Shown: piece after piece, positions 58,601 to 64,000 of the stretch
Position numbering within the stretch: position 1 is the stretch's first letter
Layout of the letters: the number at the start of each line of letters is the position of its first letter
NCBI RefSeq assembly: GCF_000315625.1
Contig: NW_005434666.1
Coordinates: forward strand, 259,781 to 323,780
From: Guillardia theta CCMP2712
Taxonomy: Eukaryota > Protista > Cryptophyta
Reading direction: 5' to 3'
DNA length: 64,000 nucleotides
Notes under the pieces: model-generated
Databases searched by the model: none
The model's input: only the letters and a program-made list of their open reading frames with translations
What the model was told of the DNA's origin: nothing
Program-made: the position numbers and the translations under genes

Positions 58601-61600
58601 GAAGCCAGAGCTGTTTACGTACGTTCCAACTTTCCGCACGACGCTGGGGAGCGGGAAGGCGTCGAAGTAGTCGATCTCGACCCTTGAGCCCTGCGGGGCC
58701 CAGAGTCGGTTGTCAGCATGCGAGTCGACTGTCTGTGTGAGCAGGAGGCCGGTGAAGGCTCCGATGTTATCGCTGATCTCCTTCAGTTGGAGGGAGACTC
58801 GGTCGGAGGCGTTGTTCAGCAACATGACTGAGTTCCAGTCCTTATCGCACCTTTCGCTGCCGTCGTGCGCCGTGAACTGCAAGTAGCAGAAAGATGAGAC
58901 GTTCACGTAGGCGAAGTCTGGAGCAGTGGCGTTGACGTTGAGGTCCTTGTCGACCACGGTGATGGACACGGTCGAGTTGGGAAGGATGTTTGTCGGGCTG
59001 AAGAAAAGCGTGCCCTTCACCGCAACTCGCGCGTCTGCCCTGACCGTCGCCGGAGGGTACTGATCCTGGTAGGTTGCAGTCACCGTGGAGTCTTGGGTGA
59101 GACCGACCAGTTGCATGCTGCCTGTGAAGATGCTGCTGTTGACTCCTGTCTCTGTCAAGGTGACGGGGGTGGAGCCAAGTGAAGACTGGAGGACGGCTGA
59201 GCCGAAGTCAATCCCTGTCATGTTGATGTTCAGGTCAAAGTCCGACAGGATCAGCGTTGCGGTTTCATTGGTGCTGAGGATAGACGGGAGGAGTGAGAGC
59301 GTTCCGAGCGTTGCTACCTTGATGTCTACCACCAGGTCCCGAGCAGGCGCGTCCTCGTTGTAGACCATCTTGATGAGATCCCCGGACTTGATGTCCAGCA
59401 CGCCGTTGTTGTCTTCAGAGTTAAGATCGCCGTACTTGGTAAGGAGGAGCCCAGTGAAAGTTCCTTGCGAGCTGTTCAGTGAGGTCTCGAGGAGCACAAC
59501 GTGCTCCTTCTCTCCCGTGTGCGCGTTCATGACCGTCACCGTGACGTTCTCCTGCAGGAACGGCGAGCTGTTCATGTCTGCATCGGTAACAGTGATCCAT
59601 AAGGAATCCGCGAGATTCATCCTCAGGGAGCAGTTGGACGTCAGTGCCCCCGGGGTTGACTGGGTGACTTTGACAACCTGCTCGACGACACGGTAGGGAG
59701 TCGGATCCGTGTACGTCACTTGTACCACGTCCCCTAGCTTGATCGAAGGGATGAGGCTGGTGGAGAGGATTGAGTCCGAGGTGCTGGTGTAGACTACACC
59801 AGTGAAGGTGGGAGAACTGGTGCTGGTCTCCGCGAGAGAGACAGATCTCGATTGGTTGCTTCTGACGTTGCGGAGGGTGACGTTAATGGTGTCAACCGCT
59901 TGCATGTTGGAGTCGCGGTCCCTGTCAGTGACAGTGATTCCCAGCAGGCCATCCGTCTTCAACGGGCTCAGTGACAGCAATCCTTGCGTCACTACAGAGA
60001 CAGGGAGTTGGACTGTCTGCAGAGGCTTCAGGTCGGCATAAGTCAGAGTGAGAACATCTCCATAGTCGGCGGGGATGAAGGCCTTGAGGGTACCGATGCT
60101 GAGTGACCGGTTCTGCCTCATCATGTTGTACTCGCTCGTGCTGATTGCGGTGATTACACCGACAAATTGATAGCTGCTGGCATCGTTCTTGACAAGGTCA
60201 ACCTCTCCGAGAATGCCATTCTGCACGAAACTTGCATCGAAGGCGGGGCCTGAGATTGAGGCTTTGGTGCTCAAGGCCATATTGTCTTTGTCCACGAGGT
60301 AGATGAGGGTTTCCTTCCCAAGCTCGATGTACGTCGGTGACGTGTACAGTGTTCCTAACGATGACTGAACCACTTGAACTTGTACCGTCCTCACACCATA
60401 TGGAGCTAGATCCTGAGACCGTGGTATCAGCGGTGATAGCAAGTCAAGCAAACAAACAACATAATCACCGTATAAGAGAGTGTAAACGAGTTGATTCCGG
60501 TCACGTCGATCACAGGGAACTCGCTCGCTACAGATTGTGAGGTTGCGATGTAAACATTGCCAGTGAAGACATCGCTACTTGCCGAAGTCTCTGTAAGTGT
60601 AACGGGATAGTCGCGCTGCTGTAAGGTCATCTTGACGGTTGCTCGATCGACAACGAGGGCATCCAAGTTGAGATCAGCGTCTACCACAGCGATATACATG
60701 CTCGTGTTCAGACCCACGGGGTTGGGGAATGACGAGATTTGCCCCACGACAGACTGGAGAACGTCCACCTCCTGCTGATGCTCGATCCTCGGAGCGAGGT
60801 CTTGATACCTGAACAGCAGCCTCGAGCCTGCTGACATCAAAGTCGACGAGCAGGCAAACTGCCCAGTAAAGAATCCTGGAGACGTCGAGTCCAGCTGGAG
60901 GGTGAGGAGGAAGCTTACAGTGCTGCCAGCGAGTATGCTCACATCGACAGGCGCATGGACGTCTTGCTTCAAGTCAAAGTCTTGCAACGAGACCTGCACG
61001 ATCCCATCCAGCCCGACAGTCCTGGAAGAAACATCGAGAGTTGCGTTCGATGATGGTACCACGTATACGCTTTCAATAGCCTCCTGATGAGGAGCAGAAT
61101 CGACGTACTGGCAGCTGATTGAGCTTCCGACTGAAGTACACTCATAGAAGCCCTGAGTGTTCAGAGTGGAGGTGAAGACTCCGGAGTTGACAGATGTCTC
61201 AAGCAGCGTCACGATCAGCACCCTGTTCTCACTGCAAGTACACTCACACAGAGTTGTGTCAATTGCAAGAGGGTTCGAGTTGACATCCGCGTCAGCTACC
61301 GTGATCTCCAGAGAACTTCCAGCTTGAAGTATTTTTGGTTGCAACAGCAACGATCCAACGATGAAGACTGTAGCTTCTGAGAAGATGTACTGACAGGGAC
61401 ACGGATCTTCATAAGTGACTCTCACGATGTCTCCGAGCTCTGCCTCAAAGGACGGTTCTATCGAGGAGTTTCCAGTCGAGATGATGTTGAGAGTCCCATG
61501 AAACGAGAAGTTGTCTTGCCTTGCGAGCAACAACTCCTTCAAAGCGCCGGTCCTGAGGTTTCTGACTTTGACAAGCAGGAGCTGTGCATCTAGAGCGTCC

Positions 61601-64000
61601 GTATCGTTGAGTTGGATGTACAAGGGCTGACCGATTCCTACTGCTGAAGGAAACACCTGGAGGTTCCCTGTCTGACAGGACCGGAGGCTGCTGGAGATCA
61701 GCTCATAAGGAGCATGATCGCGGTACGTGAAAGTCACAGCCTGCAGATCCTCCAGCGGCGGGACTATCACAGACGCTGCCGTCTGGTTTTCGCAAGGCGA
61801 GACTTTCATCGAGTCAATGGTCCTCCGGCCAACTGACAACTCCAGCAGGAAGCGCCCAGGGTCTGCTAGACAGTCAGGAACAGGTTCAGGAACAGGTCAG
61901 CTGACCTGATACACTGCGGAGAGCCCGATACTGGTATGTAGCTGAAGCGGTCTGCATCAAGATAACGACATTTTCAAATTGTTCAAACGCGTCCATGTCG
62001 ACAACTGTCACGGTAAAGTTCGGCCCGTAGCCGATGAAGCTGGAGGACAAGAGCAGGTTGCCTCGTTGCGACGGCAGGACTTTGACAAGCTGCTGGACTG
62101 CCATGAACGGAGCGAGATCGTCGTAGACAAGGACCAGAGTGTCTGTGTCATTCACCATCAGCATCTGCGAGAGGTTCTGATTCGGATCTGGGGTGAAACC
62201 TTCAACCATGCTGTACAATTCACCGTGGAACTGGCCGGAGTTCACATCATCTTCAAGGAGGTACAAGATGGTGGACTTGTTTGCATTCAGGCTGGAAACC
62301 TTGACAGAGAGAATGTCCCTGTATCTATAATAAGCACAACATGCGCAACAGAGCAGGCGGTGACCTCTGAGTCGCGTCAAGATTCTGGTCATAGTCGATC
62401 AACTGGACTGAGAGGATCGACCCCGCGTACATCTGAGCCGAACAAGAGATCTGCCCCAAGAAGGCATTCATGACCTGAACAGACACGTCAGAGGAGGAGG
62501 ATGAGGAGGAAGAGAAGAATCATGAGAAGGAGGAGGCAGGAGGAGCAGCAGACAGGAGGAGCAGGAGCAGGAGCAGGAGCAGGAGTAGGAGCGGGAGGAG
62601 AGGGCCTGACATTAGCACTATTGCGAGTGACGGCAGGGGGGAACCGATCCAAGTAAGTCCAAGTCAGCAAGTCCCCAGCTGAGACGCCCCCAGAGAAGAA
62701 GGTGTTTGCGGGAAATGCCAAAGTCCCGGCGGAGTAGGAGGAGTCGCCAAGGAACAGGAAGCAGGAGAATTCTCCGGCGCGGGTCAGGTCCCTCAGCAAG
62801 TTCAGGCCGAGAGATCTCTCGGCGACTGTTGTCTTGATGGTCAAATTGACGGCGATAGAGCCCTCGACAACATCAAGGTCACGCACTCCAACCCTGAGCA
62901 GGGAGCAAGTGTAAAGTCAGAGAGACAAGGCAAGGAGGAGCAATGAGGAGCCGAGATCAAGGAGGGATGTTATGAAACTACCTCAGTACTCCTTCCGTTC
63001 TCAACCGCCTCTGGTCGATGGAAAACTTGCCAATGTCCGCAACCTTTACGGACAGGCTCGTCGAAGGGACGGTGATCATGGTTACCAACAGTGTGTCTCC
63101 TTGCACGGCAGCGATCGACTCGTACGCGTATGCTGTGCTGACGTCACCGCCGACCTTCTCGAGCACGAAAAATGAACCTGTCAAACCCTCAACCTACAGC
63201 TCCCAGCAGACTCCCAGCAGACTTACCCGTGTAGACAGTTTGGTTCGATGCGTTCTTGACAAGCTTGATCGTGACAGCAGAAGGGTCGTCATTGACAAAC
63301 ACGTTCGCTCTCAGCTGGGCTTGCGACGAGTAAACGGAGTTGATGTCAACGATTAGCGAAAGGAAGATTCTGTTGCCAAGCAGTGCTGTGGAGTTGTCGC
63401 TCACCAGCCGCGGCATCGCCCTCAGCATCGTTGTTTGGGCCCTTTGCTGGATTCCAGCTGGGGTGACATCGTCATATAGGAAGGTCAGAGAAGACGAGGA
63501 GATGTTCAACGACGAGTTCGACTCTACCAGACAGCACAAGTCAGACTACAGTCCGGGATCGTTATAGACGTTACCGATGATCCAGTCGCTGCATGTTGAG
63601 CCAAGACAGTCTGAATCTTGCTTGCACAATACTACCATGTCCACGTTGGAGCAGGAGCGAAGACCCGCATTCCCCTCATTCCCACCCTGAGCGCTGATTT
63701 TTGAAGTGAAAATTCCGGTCTGGTTGCCGGTCTCTTGGAGGACCAGGAAGTATCTCCCTCCCGCGCTGCTGTTGCTGATGTTTGCTACTTCCACCTTAAC
63801 GGTGTCAACAGCAGGAGACAGGTCGCTGTCGGAGTCAAAGACGGAGACTTCGAGAGGCTGGAGCCAGTCTGCCACAGGAGGAGCAACGAGGACGCCGGGG
63901 ACGGACTCGCGAGCATACAAGAAGTCTTTTATCACCGTCCCACTTTCGTCGAGGTAGACCAGCTCGACTGATGAGCCTGGAAGGACATCGAGAAAACCTG
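43641..64000 (-). CDS. Giant (>5000 aa, 5' end outside window) extracellular-type protein with ~40 tandem beta-rich repeats and two C-terminal LysM domains
   Basis: Recurrent ITVxDxDxN...V.V.S...E.VxLxETxxxSGxFTG...GDxxxxxYxD in nearly all exons. C-terminal DDSLNSIA..W|LLWSINP and EDTVESLSHKF..VISANP..AGDIICI. Many NxS/T sites. Confidence 0.85.

Overview
Eukaryotic nuclear DNA: gene-dense, with many short GT-AG introns (mostly ~45-110 nt) and microsatellite-laden introns. Gene content (Zn2Cys6 TF, STN7-like kinase, axonemal dynein p28, organelle-targeted TyrRS) and style fit a flagellate alga, probably a cryptophyte such as Guillardia theta (inference). In order, the window holds: the 5' end of a probable Copia element; a zf-4CXXC_R1 protein; a large WD40 protein; a Methyltransf_22/METTL24-like enzyme; a Zn2Cys6/PAS-like TF; a DOT1-like methyltransferase; an unusual multidomain membrane protein; RRP46; an Asn-synthase-like protein; an SVOP-like MFS transporter; a disrupted RBR E3 ligase; an STN7/8-like kinase; small orphan genes; DNALI1/p28; an SDR; TyrRS; and the 3' >20 kb of a giant gene. 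The multidomain protein (17.8-21.0 kb) combines a Zn-finger-like N-terminus, a Bacteroidetes tail-fibre/S74-like domain, SAM, multiple TM helices and a RelA/SpoT-like nucleotidyltransferase. The giant gene has about 40 S-layer-like beta repeats and ends in two LysM domains. These two are the best candidates for undescribed systems. Exon joins and domain calls were made by eye and are not confirmed by any search.
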